From Catajapyx aquilonaris (lineage: Eukaryota): a stretch of 64,000 bases of DNA. Below, piece by piece: positions 25,101 to 39,729 of this stretch; position 1 is the first letter of the stretch; each line of letters begins with the position of its first letter. Location: assembly GCA_000934665.2 (NCBI GenBank), contig JYFJ02000875.1, positions 1-64,000 of the forward strand, in the 5' to 3' direction. Under the pieces are notes generated by a model that was not told the origin of the DNA, ran no database searches, and saw nothing but the letters and a program-made list of their open reading frames with translations. The translations under genes and the position numbers were made by a program.

Positions 25101-28100
25101 TCACCGACACCCAACAAATCACTCCAATTTGGCTGCCCCCAAATTAGGCCTATGGATTTTGGTCGCCTCGGAATGCACGGTGGGCAACACGGTGTGACTA
25201 ACTCACACTGGGGGTAGGAGGGCTTTAAAGGGCATGAGTCCTTGTGATTCGGCTGGATTGGGCCCTAAATGCCCACCTTTATGGGAATGTCCTAATATCT
25301 GTCACGAATGCGGTTGAGGGAGTTTGTGTTAAGTCACTGTAAATATCAGGGCATTTGCCACATTTCACCGCAGTGCAGCCTTATCGCTCTTTTTAGGGTA
25401 AACTAGTGTAGATCCACTTTTCCCCGCATGGCGGCGGGAGGGCAGAGAGTCACGTGGTCGATGTCCATTAACCGTTACCGTTTGTACAAGCAGGTCATAT
25501 CAGAAAGCTCTAAAGTTGTTTCCGTGGTTCGGAGATCAAAGTGTCTGTATTGCAGGATGTCATGGCATATTTAGTGGACTAGGGCACTAGGCAGCGTTTC
25601 CAGATAAGAATTAAAGTGGGGTATCCCATCATACGGGACGCGTGCGATTTGTCACTAAGTTCCACCCAATACTAAGCGTGTGTGTGTGTGCCTGATTTAC
25701 TCTGCATGTCATTTTATTATTGAAGAGTACACACACTGCTAGCTGCTCAGTGATTCCGCACCACACTGGCCTTGCATAATTGAAAGGTGCCTGCGGAAAC
25801 AGGGACAAGTGACTCCCAGACAACAACCATGTTCATTTGGTCTGCTTGCACAAGGATCGAAACGGTAAGCTACTCTGAATCACTTGACCCTTCACCACCA
25901 ACACTTACGATGACTTCAAAATCCGGGAATGAGAGATGCCCTTTTGACGACTAGCTTCTCCGTCATTGGCGACATTTTGTTCCGCTGGCAATTATACAAT
26001 AACAGTGCCTGAGGCAGGTGGTTTATCCACTTCAGACAAACTGGTGCACAAAGGCACAAAAGCCTCGCGAGTTTGCACTGTACGTGTAAGTCAACGCCTG
26101 AACCTTAGTTGTAAACTTGGGCTTCATTATTCAAGTAGTATAGGCGGCCGTTTGCTCTATATATTTACGCCATATTATGACTAATTCCCTCCATTTGACG
26201 CCACGGAGGCGGTCCATGGAGAGAAACGCGTTTGTGTCGAGAGCAAAGCGCGACACTTCCTCATCACTCCTATTGTTCCTCCTTGTGGAAGCAATTAAGT
26301 TTGTTTAGCACCCCCTCCCCCCACCCCATGCCCCTGCAAAATAGTTGATTTTGGCGGTGCATCTGCACGGAATTCCGGCCGTCTTCTGCCAATCAAAGAG
26401 AGTGGGACAAACTCCCTGGTACTGCCGAATTACGTGCTGACAGTAGTTAGGAAATAGTCTCAGCGAATCAGCTTATTCTTAGCAGATTCTCAAGGGAGGC
26501 TCCTTGAATTAATTCCGGGAGAAGAATGGGGGTAGGTAGGGGGTGGTAGTTGCTGACTTCCACACCTCTCTTTGCTCCTTCTGTTTAAAGCCCAAGTATT
26601 CCCTGTGGCAGATGGCGGTGATGGCGGGGTAATTACTAAATGAGCTCGTGCGAACCAAGTTCAATTCGATTTCCTGCTTTTCTGCCGCTCTCCCTGGCCC
26701 CGGTGCCATTTTCTTTGCGTACCAGAGGGAAGCACCGAATCAGCCGGTTAGTCGAGCCATGTTGCTGTGGGCCTTGGGACCACAAGGTGAGGAGAGCGAC
26801 TGCGCCAGACAGAACCCAGGGAAAGATGGGTGTCTTTTACACTGTGACTAAGTTCTGCACGTGATTTCTAATATGTTTAAATTACGACCAAAAATATATT
26901 CATAACAATATGAGTAATATTTAGGGCCAAACTTAGGCATTGTTGAGTATTTTTCTCGTCAGTTTTCTGATAAACAAATTACACTTCCAAAGAAAAATAT
27001 TTAACAAGAGGTATTCATAGTACACCTGAACTACTGCAACCACAAATTGCCCATAATCACCTTACATGACACTTAATCAGAGTGAGTTACTGGTCAAGTT
27101 CATCAAGTAGGATCATGAAAGTGAGACATAATGCAGATGTTCACTATAGTACTGAATAGGCATATGCACAAAGGAGAAAGCCGGAAGTCTCCACGGAGAT
27201 CTGAACCTTCCTGATTAACTCATTGATACGAGGCTGGTCCCAATCGCAAAGCGTCTTTGGCTGGTAAGATGGCCACTGAAGTATCGGTCCGAAAGATGGC
27301 GTTGCTATGAGTAGAAGGCGGGTTGCTTCCATGTTAAGATACAGGTAATTGGCATTACTGCAAACATGGGCAGCGGGGCATGTTTCCTCTGATCTCTCCG
27401 CGAGACTTCCGCTACTAATTGCCGTGAAGGTTTATCTCCTGCTTGGTGGAAATTGAGTGGGAGGCCACGAAGAAGGGCCCGGCATACAAATTCCTGGCCG
27501 CCTGATGCTTCCCCATCCGGGTCACATATAGCACATCCACTGTACTTTGCATTAGGCGCTGAGGACTAGTACGAGGGTATGGAGGGAGGGGGTGGAATGG
27601 GGAGGGGGAGGGAGGGACTCGGTTTAACACTTGAACGAACCGCATTGCGGCAGTGTCGCCCTCTGCAACTTTCCAGGTGCCAATTGGCAAGAAAATGAAC
27701 TTGGCTGGGCCGCCGTAAATGGAACTTATTGCCGGATAAATACGGCTGGAATGTGGAATTTCCACAAAACGCACGTCTCCACCCTCTGCTGCATGTCTGG
27801 GCGAGTGTTTGACATACAAACCGTCCTCCTGCTGGCTAATGAAACTAATCGAATTATATAGAGTCGTTCTGGATATTTATTTGGTCTGCATGTAAACCTA
27901 CGTTAGGAAGTTGGCCTACTTTTGTTGTGGTGGCTATTCTGGCTATGTGCATATTTTAAGAGCCGGCCACCAGATTTACGCGGAAGTAAACGTGTGCGGG
28001 GCGAAGTCCCCAATTTGAGGTCTGGCTATCCCGAATGATTACTGATATTACAGACGCGGGGTGAAATTTTCTCTCACGATTCGGGTGATAAGAAAAGGAT

Positions 28101-29014
28101 ACCTAAAAGGTACCACTTGCCCTACATATTTCTATACATCAGACTGTAATTTATTGCCATTATTTTCCAATCATATACAGGTCGGGAGACTATTTTTGAC
28201 CTACTGCACTGCCTTCCGTAATAAGCGAAATTAATCCGCCAAGGTAAGCGTGTCGGTATAATAATTGAATTTTACATCAACTCCATGTTGCACGCCACAA
28301 TTGGGCCATAAGTCAACCTCTTCTTGAACATTTGGCATGGGTGGGAGTCACATGTTCCAAGCTGCCCAAGGGAATGAGCCCGGTCTAGCCTAAGGATACA
28401 ATCAAAGAAACGCAATGTCCTTCGATTTTCAGCCTCCCACCCTCCCACACAACTCGAAAAGCCTTCCAACTCCTCGAGATTGATCACCATCGTGGAAAAC
28501 AACTCAACGGCTGCTACTCGGGACGCTTGGCCCTATCCGGGAAATTCCAAGCAGCGTTCCGAAGGCAAGCGGCATGGGTCCTGCTGGAATCAGGAACCAA
28601 CTCAATTCCTTTGCCAGGCCGCGAACAGTCCCCCACGGAAAAAGGATAACCAGAAGACGGGCGTCTTCCTACTCTAACACATTCCAACCGGACCACCGGT
28701 CTTTACCCAAGACGGGATCCGGGTCAAATTGAAAGAGAGCAGGAAGGAAGAGGGGGAAAGTGGAGGGTGGAAGTAGCGGGGGAACGGGAGGGAAGAAAAT
28801 GCTGAGAGAAAAAGGAAGAGGGATGCCAGCAAGTAGCAGTGACGTTGAATTTGTCTTCAGGGCCGTAATCGTGTAGTGCACTAAGAAGGGAGGTGAGTAT
28901 AAGAGCCCAGTTGAGATATTAAAATCTAGGCGTGGGATGGACGTACGGGACGGAGGAACCATGATAGGTCACAATATAGTGTGGTCATACAGTATGTATC
29001 CCCCCCCCCCCCCA

Positions 29015-29224
29015 CACATAAAAAAGCAGGTTTGTGATAATCAAAGTCCAAGATTTGACCTTTCACTTTGCTCCCACGCTATGAAGTTTGGAAGGCTTAT
29101 TATGAATCTTATTTTGAAATTTATTTTTATTTTTATGAATGTAATTCACCAGGGGAGACAGCAGGTGGTGTAAATAATAATATTCAACCCTGCCAAACTG
29201 GACTTAGTGAATTTCACATATGTG
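29015..29224 (+). mobile_element. MITE-like dispersed repeat, copy E (diverged)
   Basis: GATAATCAAAG...GGCTTATTATGAATC, with right end TTAGTGAATTTCACATAT matching the family TIR. Confidence 0.4.
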
Positions 29225-32200
29225 TAGCCACGCTATAAGGTGTCGTATTTCTTGTTTTGATAAACCTCTGAGGAGATGCATTTTAGGGGTAGCACCCTAG
29301 TAAAAAGTCGCTATAGGTCAATTTCGTAGTTTATATACAAGTAAGCCTATATCTACCCAGATCAATCAACTGTTTATTTCATTTTGTGTGTAACCCTGTA
29401 CAGCAGAGAGGCTATTCGGTGCAGGACTGTAACCCTGTAAGATGTACTTTCTCGGTTAAATAATGGCTGCCACTAGCATGTAAACCGATTCTGTTATGGC
29501 TGCAGTTAGAACTGTAGTGTTCGTAAAGCCCTAGGAAGTAAGAAAAAAGCCTGAGACCCAGGAAGCGACGTATATAAATGCAAAGAGAAATGATGCGACC
29601 TAAGTGCTTGATCCAGCATCGGGAAAGGCAGGCGGAAGAAAGCTTTTCCCTAAGTTTCCTCCGTGATGATATTGGACTTTGGGGAGGAAGTTGCTGTGCA
29701 AAATGGATTATCCTAGCGCGCGCGAATATCCAAAAATATGATAATGAAACGTGTCCACGTGAACAATGGTGTCCCGCCCTCTGAAGCGATATGGAGGCTC
29801 AAGTGTTGCTCAAGCGGAGAAAATGAACTGGGAGGAGACGATATCTTACACGTTATTTACTTTGGCGATAAAATGGCTGCGCAATATTGCAAGAACACTG
29901 CAAGTTTTCACCGTGACCTTTTTCTTTTCCTTCCCCCTTTTGCGCCGGGTGATTTATGCCCTTCTGGTGTTAAATCACCGCAATTATGGCCGTAAAATTG
30001 TAACTGCGACAAGGAGAGGGAAATGCTACAAATACGCAGTTAAAGCTAATGAGGTGCAATAATAAATTTTCTGCAAGGCTGAGAATAGGAGCTACGATAT
30101 AGGCTTAAACGTAGCGTTAAAATTTGCCACTCTTAGCAGCCACGCCGCAGAAAAGAAACAAATTGTTCTGGAAAGCTTATTCAGAAGACTCGGGTTGCTG
30201 CTGCTGGCCATCAGACGCTTGTACATTTCCTTCCAAAAATTGGGTTACAACATAGCGTCTGCTCAGAAGCATAACGACATTGTACATTCCCGTCACACTC
30301 GGCTGGTGACGCATTTACTCCAAGACAGCATTGCAGGTGCAAGGCGGTAGAAAGAGTTGGAGACGTGGGGACTCTGTAAGGTCTGCCCGCCTTCGGGGAT
30401 TGCCAAACGGCCCCTGAAGGAACTCAGGGAGCAAGACGCAGCATGTCCAGGGGGCACGCCGACCTTTGGAAGAAAAACGCAATCTGTCCTCGGGATAAGG
30501 AATTCTACCATTGTCAGGGGCGTCGTTGCCAGCGATCCGCGTGTCGGTTGAACGTGAAGGATTCACCCTTCGGAATCCAGTGGTTCCACTGGGTATGTCT
30601 AAAACGTGTTAGGTTGGTCAGGTTCGCTAGCCATTACTAAATCTCCTTCTAGCAACACACGCGTTCAACCCCTGGTGATGATAAACGCTGCAAGTGACGC
30701 AAAATGCATTCATCTTGTTCGCCACTGGGCTTCCCCCATATGGTTGTCGTAAATGCATACAGCGTTGCGGGGGCAGGGGGGGATTGGGGGAAAGGACTAA
30801 GTGAATTGCCAAGCGAGTCAAAGTGGTGCATTTACCAGCTGGGGATGCAAATTGCTGCGGCCATCACTGCTGCCCCCTCTCTCTTCAGCAGGCTAAAGTG
30901 GCCCCTCGAGATGCTGGCTCCAAAACCTCGACTACAGGTACTTGAAAACTGCATACCTACACAGTATGGTACCGGAACCTAAAGGTGCATGTAGACTTAA
31001 TTGACTTCACACCCTGCTTCTTAGACTTAGGTGAATGAAATTCAACGCACGGCTACAGTCCAGCGCCCGCTTGAACCTCAACAGTAGAATCCCCTTTTCC
31101 AGAATAATTAGATTAGGGGTTGTGAGGGTACGAGCTTGGATTGTATCCTATAGTAAAGTTATGAGCTACTACTGGATTTCAGTCTGCTAGACCTCATTTA
31201 GAATTAAAATTAGCGCCTCTCTTCTTTTAATTTTCTTCATTTAATTTCCGGAGCCTGAAAACATCTTCAGGAGCAATGAATTATGATTAAGGGAACATTT
31301 GTGTCCCGCTAACAGGATTTCGCAAGTAGACAACAAGTCTCGTCTGCATAACGAGATTATCAAGGGCCTATGATGACCGTTCCGTCAAGTGTCGTGCTCT
31401 TCTCAGAATTAGTGCCCTCAGGGAAAGACACTTGCCAAATTGGATCGAGTTTTCCCCGAAATGGCTGGGAGAGGAAACTCCAAAGCTGCTTACTGTTGTG
31501 TGTGTATATAGGCAAGCACTTTCGAGTTTCGAGCGTAATCTGACGAGTCAAATGAAACCGTTTTCAGAGACTTCACTCAAGGATGTTGACGACATTGTCA
31601 CTGCAAGGTTCTAAATAGACCTTGAAAGTATCAGGCGTCTTACCACACTAAATTCGGCTCTGCACTATAGCCCAGCCCATCTTTGTCTCTGAATGATGGC
31701 AGTTTCCTTCACCTTCAGTGTTCACAAATCAGGCCTGTGTGAATGCGGCTGGAAAATCAGCTATACAGATCAGGCGTCTGTTCTTCCATAAAACCCTGAA
31801 GAATATGCGAGGGCAAGGTGTCGATGACCTCCCAATCTGTCGGCCAAATCGCCTCCAGCCCTTCTATTGGTGACGATAGAAGGGGTGGGTGGGTGGGTGC
31901 CACCAAACACCACCCCAGTCTTCACTCTGCAGCTTTATCCGGGGCTGTGCCAAGCGAAGCGAAATGATCGAACTATAGCCGCAGCACTCGCGCAGCTAGG
32001 CAGCAAAAAGGCGCCAATGTCATTAGCCGACGGCCTATCACTATATCACCACCCCACTTACCCACCACCGACACCCCTTCCCTTTTATATATATTTTTTG
32101 TTATCCTGGAGAATATGCAGCGGCCTGCGAATGATGGCGGCCATCACTGGAATGAGCCTTGAGCTCAGGTATTTTGCACCTAAATCAAAAAGTCATGGCT

Positions 32201-32760
32201 AGGAATGACCCTGTGGTTGATTTTTGGGCTAAAGGAAGCCTGCTGCGACCCGTAATGGAAAAATCTTCTCTAGCAGCCGCCACCACATGCCTTTAGGCAC
32301 ATTTTTATGTGCACTGTGTAATGGTGATGATGATGAAGCCGGAGCTGGAGAGAATTTATGCGGTGCCGCAAAGCCAGGAACTAGGGGAGCCAGGGGATGT
32401 TACGATATGCCAAGGTGATACTTTCGTGCAACCCATATAAATTAGTGAAGAAGAAAATTGGTAGCTTCATATCCGAACCGACTTTTTTATTTTGGTATAT
32501 GCAAGGCTGCTGTTGCTATGGAGACCGATGGTGGTTTTGACGAAAGAACGTTTGGCAGTTGTTCGTATACACAGCTGCTTATCATGATCGGGTCAAAGTG
32601 CCTGCTGTGGAGACTGCAATCGACAAGTTTTCAATCTCTTAAGATGTTATTACACAACTCGCAATTTAGACGTGTTCGCGGTCTCTTTAGCCAGAATTGG
32701 GTACATTACACCTTGGAAAGCAACGTTTTCATTATTGTAAATTAACAATATATCGTCCGA

Positions 32761-32945
32761 ATATATGAGAAATCCACTGTCCGATTTTCAGTTATTTATA
32801 GCATATTTTTCTGCTCGATCGCCTGGTAAAGTCCATAGATTCATAACGAGCCAACAAACCAGGATTTTCTGTCTTCACTACCATGCAAAGAAGTGCAAGG
32901 TCAAATTTTTTGCCTTCCGTTCTCTATAAACAGGTATTTTGAACA
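32761..32945 (-). mobile_element. MITE-like dispersed repeat, copy F (reverse orientation)
   Basis: The reverse complement contains TAGTGAAGACAGAAAATCCTGGTTTGTTGGCTCGTTATGAATC. TIR-like ATATATGAGAAATCCACT at 32761. Confidence 0.6.
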
Positions 32946-35900
32946 TTAATAATAAAATACATCACATTCGAATGCCATCTGTCTACCCGACGGGACGCGA
33001 CGGCTCGCTATAAAGCTTCAAGATGCATATCATCTCATCCATGTATCACCCGAGGGGGTTATTCACTTTAATTTTTCAAATACACGAACTATCGATTACC
33101 ATGGTAGTCCCCCCTCCGAACTACTTCTGGACATGTACACCGGACTACCCGCAGTGCCAAAACCCGTCGGTGTCACCAGCCCGAATAAGCAGGAAGCAAC
33201 CATGCTGACGTGACAACTGCTGTGCATTGTCAAAGAAAACGTTGCCTACACATACGGAAATGACATGCCGATGAACCCCCTCCTGAAATATACAAATTTC
33301 ACATAGATCCACTGGAAACAATAGATCGGCGAGAAGGGACGGGGAGCGGTTAACCTACACGACCGATATGCTTTGCATTGATCCGCTCGGCCTGAATGCA
33401 GGCGCCATATTAATCAAGAGGGGCGGGTCTCCTGTGCAGCTTATAAGTGTATCGATCTCAGAATCCTCCCTTTTTTTCTATTTTCTCTAGAGTTCTGGAA
33501 CAAAAAAAAATTCTTCCAAAAAAAGCGATCAGGGTACGTGGAACCATTATTTTTGATCGTAAAAAGACCAGGGAAACGTCTGTTGAGATGTAGTGAATTT
33601 TTTCGCCATTCCCCACCTAATTTCCACCCGTTAGCTTGTATCATTGTTCTCTGGGCTATTCTTTTCGAGAATTTCTCTGAGCCATCTTTTTTAGCCAGTG
33701 GAGTCTCAAGTACCCTTCAGCTCTAATTAGCCGCATTCAAGCTATTCATTAGGAGAGTTGGGTCTGGACAGCTTTTTTAAGGTAAGAAGAGGGGAAAAAG
33801 AAAAGTGGCGAACAGATGGTACTTTTAGATTGTCATAGGTACGGGTAGGCAAAATATGTCGGGAGTACTATAACGTGCAAAATACATATGATTATTTACA
33901 CCCAGATTACAGTCCTCCTTGTGAAGTTGATGTGTACTCATATTCCATCACCTGTGTAAGAATGCAGAAACTGTACATACTGTAGTACAGTGTCGGAAGA
34001 AAAGTTAAACTTGCGAGAGAATTCTGCAAGGGGTATAGAATAATCCGTAAAATTTGCAGTATAGTCTAGGTCTGCATCTGCAAAGGGGGTGGAATTTGGA
34101 AAATGGAGCGAGGGCAAAGAGTGTTCAGATTAGTCCGCGCATGAGATTGCTGCAGGAAGATATTTGGAGCATTTATGTAGGTATTGCAGGTGGAGGCAGA
34201 AAGGCGATATTCACTACTTTTCTCTTTCCCCATACACTCTTTTCCGTTGTTCTTTTTTGTCAGAAAGGTTCTGGCCGTATTGAAGATGGGGTTATATTTC
34301 AGTTGACTGCGTGAGGCTCCCAGAAGCCTCATAGGGCAAACCGTTCTTGCTGAGGGTAACTGAGGATGCAAATTAATTTCGTATGGGGTTTATACGGCTT
34401 GCGAATGAAATGGCACTATTTCAAGGGTCGCTTCACTCGGAGTTGTGCTGTACGAATGTTTTAAGGGCCCAGGAAGCGCACTCATCTAAACATTTGGTCA
34501 CAGTGACAAATTATATCACTCTAGCTAACTACCTCCTCATAAGAAAAGGTCACTTAAAGTACATATAATATATTTTATTGAACACGCACAATGTTAATAA
34601 TATAAATAGCACTTTATGTGCTATTTTAATGAGATTATCTAGAGAGATATTTAACGAATGCTGCATATTATCGTTGGCCTGCGTTACATGACAGCACTAT
34701 AGGGAACCCCTGTTGATTACGTGACTCCAACATAGCAATCCTGCAGTGGTTGCTGACATGTACTGATTGGATAATGGGGCTAACAATGTTGCCGTAATTA
34801 CTGGTAAAGTAACTAACCTTCACAGACACTTATAAAGTACATTCATGATGCGTAAGAGTGCTTTAGGTATATATAAGGTGAGGAAATACAATCTGCTGTA
34901 CAGGTTTTTCTAACATGTAATACTGTAGCTATATACAGAGTGAGGTAATTAATTAAAGTACTTCTATTAATATTACGACCAAATTATTAATGGCACATTA
35001 AAGTGGAAATTTAACTATCGTAGTATTCCATCAATGCTTGACTGTGACAATAATTTATTGTAAGGTATTCTCCAAGAGTGAATAATATAACGTATCCTGC
35101 ATCCAATGTATACTGTGCGTGACACAAAAGTACTTGAGTATTCTGAGAGCCACAAGTTATGAGGTATTTGTTGGCCATATTTGCAAGCTGTTTGGTGTCA
35201 GAAGCAGATGTTATAGCATTCTCCTGGAAAAATAGCAGCGAGGTATTGAAGGACTCTCTCACGACGCTACTGCATGTGAATTCTGGCCCTTTGAAAGCAA
35301 CAAAGCCTGTTGACGTAGCACATCAAAATAAATGCTTATCGGAGACAAATAGCCTCGTATTAATCTTGTTAGCTGAATTTCCAGAGCGTGGCCGTCATTG
35401 TACCAGCAGACTAGTGTAACATCAATTGAACTGTGAAAATGCTATTACAAGAATCACTAATGAGCTGCTTTCAAATTAATAAATCGAATAGCTTTACATC
35501 AATGTTTTAAAAGGCTACCTATGCAGAGATGGCTAGGCCTGAATTTTATACCTAAATTTGCTCTATTGTGTCGAGCTGAATGTGAGCAAACATGTCTATT
35601 GTCATTTCAGCATTCCAACCCGTCAAGAATTGCATCTGTAATTCATAAAGTGCAGTACGCCAGTCGGCAAATAAAATTAATGTCATTTCAAGCCTCCCCA
35701 GAGGAGTTCAAAATTTAATTTCATTCAAATTACACAACAGGATTGTTTTCATTACTAATGGACATATCACAAGGAAATGTACTCTTACTCCTTTAATGTT
35801 TAATTTTTCATCACGAAAGCTAAAATATCATCTGGTCCGGAAATGAGCGCTGTTAATTACCTTGAAACTTTGTAACTGGAATTATCAAACACTATTAATT

Positions 35901-38480
35901 TTACAAGGCCTAGCTGGTACTGAATTCAGAGAGAGGTATACACACAGTTATTTGTACTAAACTTTTCACCTCACAAGGAAATTTCTTGGCTTCTTTCTGG
36001 CAGAGATTAGTTCGAAGAAAAGAAAAAAAAATGCATGCTGGGGTGTGGAAAGTGAGTACGGAAATTCCCACTGGCATAAGATGTCGACACATTTTAGCCC
36101 GAATATTGCTCCTAGAAACTTGTGGAAATTTGAAATATCGATTTCAATTTTAAATGTGCAGCTACATTTCCATCAAGTCCTGGAGACGCCATTTTCGCCA
36201 CCCTGAAGCCGAAGCAGTAACTGCTGAGAGCAAGCCAGGTAAACACGCCCGTTAATTTAATGTTTCACGAGATATATCCAAACTTGGATATTTACGCCAC
36301 GTCAAAAATGCAGCTGTGAAAAAGTTATATCAATTGCTAATCGATCGTCTTTTTTTTGCTCGCGGCATATCTTTGCAGAAGAACCGAGTACAAGGTGAAG
36401 AAATTGCATCGTGCATTGATTTTCCACCAACTACAGGTATAATCAGTACCTTCTAAAACCAAACCATAAAACATGGTCCAACTTTCAAGAGTCCTTTCCA
36501 AAGTTTTAGTTTCTTGCATTTTCAAATCTGGATCTTCTTCCCTTACACCCCTGCGGTATCCTCGGTGGGTTATATCAGCATGACTTGACTGGTTCGGTTT
36601 CTACCCTCCTGTACTTGTCTGGAGTGCTCTCTCAAAGATTCATGACGAGTTGGCTAGAGGAACGGGAATTTTAAACAACGTTTTAGGTTATATTTGACGT
36701 GGAAATGGCAGCAGAGAAAGAGCAAGGCAAAGACCCGAGTCCCCACGCGTTTCTAGCCGGCGCCAAATGTCGTGTATCATTTATTATAAAGCCGAGTCTT
36801 ATTGCAGAACGGTGTTTATGGCGCCTGATTATTACGCTGCAAGTCTTGCGAGCGACCTGGGAAAGCTGCCCAAGGGGAGTTTTACGGCTGATGAAAGATG
36901 CTTTGGCCGGCCAGGCTAGCTAACGGAATAGCTTCTGTGCATCTGGCTGCAGATCATTAACGCGGCTGTTAATGTTCAAGTGAATAGTCCAGGGTGAGGC
37001 AGAAGGAGGGAACGCCATTTTGGAAGTGTTATGACGTCATGGAGGGGGCAGCACTTTGGTGGCGGTCCTCCAAACTGCGATTTAAGCTGTTCGGTTACGA
37101 TATGACTAGGCACAACTGTTGGTCATGTGACCTTTCTCAGAAAGTAAATTGAATTAATTCCCTGGACAGTTTTGAGATATTCGAGAAAATCTGGGATGTA
37201 AAGGTATCAGCTTTTTTCTCATAAGTTTTTTTAAAGGAAACATATGCACTATTTAATTAACCAAAATAATTTATTTTGTACGTAAGAAACGCCTTTCAAA
37301 TTCTGCCTTTCACTTACTGTTTCGGTAAATGAAGTTAACAGAGTTGCAACATATGCCCCAACATAGAAGGATACGATCATTATAAAAGTGATACTGCATG
37401 TTCATATAGTATCCTTACAAAATGGGGGCACTTGTAATATTTCGGTAATTCCAGTATCTTCCTCATTATTTCTGATTGAAAAGCTAATGAAAGTGCTGTG
37501 TTATTGTGTGACGTCCATTTTCATAGTGTCAGCCAGCAAACCCCACATATTTAAAATAAAAGCACCAGGCTAAATAGCACTTTGTAAGAAATTGGTGGTG
37601 GGAAATTTTTTTGGTGGCACAGCAGTGACATTTTTATTCGGAATGAAACTAACATCAGTGCTGAAACAACATGCGTTTACTTACCATCCACGCTATCAGG
37701 CTTCCTCACTGTGTTTGTCTTATTACAACCTGACGCAGTCCTCCAGAGCTGTCTAATTTACAACTATCCCACTCGTCAGACTCCCATTATCTAACCCGAA
37801 CATCCCCATCCCACAGAGCAAAAAAGTCTGGCATACCATTTCCCTCCAGCAGTAGCCGGATAATTGAAACAATCACGTCGGCGTTGAAACTAAACCGAGA
37901 GTATCAGTGGTTTGGGTGAGGTATCCTCCTCCAAAAAAGTGGGGTGGTCTGATAAGGCTAATAATACGTGAGCTACTTGGAATTCGAGTCTGGTTTTCCC
38001 TTCGCTCCTGGAGACGGATGGAAATTCCCCGTTCCCGACATGAGTTTCGTTAGTGCAGAACGAAAACCTCAGCACAGCAAACGGCAGCGGTAATGAGTGT
38101 TCTGTAAACCCAATTTTGGACTGGGGTACCACCAATTATCCCTACAGTGTAGCAGGAAGCCGATACCCCCTCCGCTCTTCCTTCCTGCATACGTGGTCGG
38201 CCTGCATACATAAACACGCTTAATTCTTGAATATGAAACACATTCCAAAGGAACATGTGTGTAGATTCAAATATGGCCGCCTTACCACGTGCCTCCGCTC
38301 CATTAACACTCAGAGGCCACTAATTCCTGAAAATCCGTCACCTCCCAATTATCCTGCGATTATTTCGCTCGTTAATTATTTCGCGGCCGCTTTTCCCTCA
38401 CCCAGACGGAATTTCCCCTTGTTGGTATGAGATGGGGGCTCGGGTGGAATTGGGCTAGGCCTAGAGGGGGTGTCGATTAA

Positions 38481-38564
38481 TCCCCTGCATGCACCCCCTT
38501 TTCCCCTACATACACCCCCTTTTCCCCTACATACACCCCCTTTTCCCCTACATGCACCCCCTTT
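38481..38564. repeat. 21-bp minisatellite, 4 copies
   Basis: Unit TCCCCT(A/G)CAT(A/G)CACCCCCTTT at 38481, 38502, 38523 and 38544. Confidence 0.95.
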
Positions 38565-39556
38565 TCCTTTCCCTTTCCCCCTTTTTAGCATGTTTTTATG
38601 CCGACATTCCTATGCTTGATGCATGCTGCAACTCGGGGGATTCTAGTTTCAACGTGAAAAACACAGGACCGTTTGACTATAGATTTGTTAGCGGTGCAGT
38701 GCAGCTTGACATTTTCAGCGCTTCCAATATTCATGAACTATGGAGGGGTAGGAGGGGGAAGGAGGGAAGGGAGTGGGGGATTTACGTGCATTGAAAACGT
38801 TGAAATGGGCAGGCGGAGAGGCGGCGATAAAGAGCGCTTGCAGTTGGACATTTCGGGGGGGATAGAGACCTAGTTTGTTTCCCACTCGCATTATGTTCCC
38901 AGAGAGAAAAAATGTCGATTATTCCAGCCAGTAATAGATGCTGTGAATTGGGAACTGCATTGGGAACAACAGAATGCCAATAGAACTACAATCCGGGACT
39001 AGTAAAGTAGTGGAAGTGGGGAATAATAGGGAAGGACGGTGCTAAGGGTTTTAAGGCCTCTATTGTCATCTAAAATGTCTGAAAAGTTACAAATGATTTG
39101 TTGGATATATATTTTGGCCCTAAACATGTTATCCAGTTAGCGGAGTTTCAACATCCTGAGGCGCAACTCTGGCAAAACATCTGTGCTTTCACAGATCTAA
39201 AGCAGATTTCATGTTTTTGGGAACTTGGGAACCAAGTTCTGCCAAGTTGGGAATGAACTTTTTTTTTCCCAGTCCAGCACAGGACAAATAAGGGTTTTTG
39301 GGGGTCATTCTTTGCTCTTTCCCAGCCAACCGCGTGCAGAACTGCTGGTACAGGGCTCCCCAACCAGATCTTTTACACCCGGACGCTATCTCACCGTGAC
39401 TAACTCGTCACACATTTTTGCATACCCCAAATTAGAATCATGTCGGCATTTCCGGACCAGCAGGCAAGGCCATCTGCTGATTAGCTCAGGGTATGCAGGG
39501 AAACATGTTATTAGAGCGAGTTGGAGAGTCTGAAGCGGCATATGACAACAACCTAC

Positions 39557-39729
39557 CTGGATAGTAGATCTTATTTCTTCTGACTGTATACTTGGTCCCA
39601 GGAATGGTGAGAAGACACTCATACAACGTCTCCTCCTGCAGGTCTCTATTTTCTTCAACCGCCGAAACCTGAGAGTCGTAGGCCCCATCACGCTCGTATG
39701 TATGGACCTTGACTCCTTCTACCGGCACC
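39557..39729 (-). CDS. Beat-related Ig protein, exon encoding the second half of Ig domain 2
   Basis: Acceptor TCTTTACAG| (phase 2) and donor CAG|GTAGGT (phase 1); 173 nt. Encodes (R)VPVEGVKVHTYERDGAYDSQVSAVEENRDLQEETLYECLLTIPGTKYTVRRNKIYYP, which includes the F-strand YEC cysteine. Confidence 0.92.

Noticed and set aside
31526..31570. CTGACGAG-TCAAAT-GAAAC hammerhead-like core
   Set aside because: Stems I and III cannot form in either type I or type III topology.
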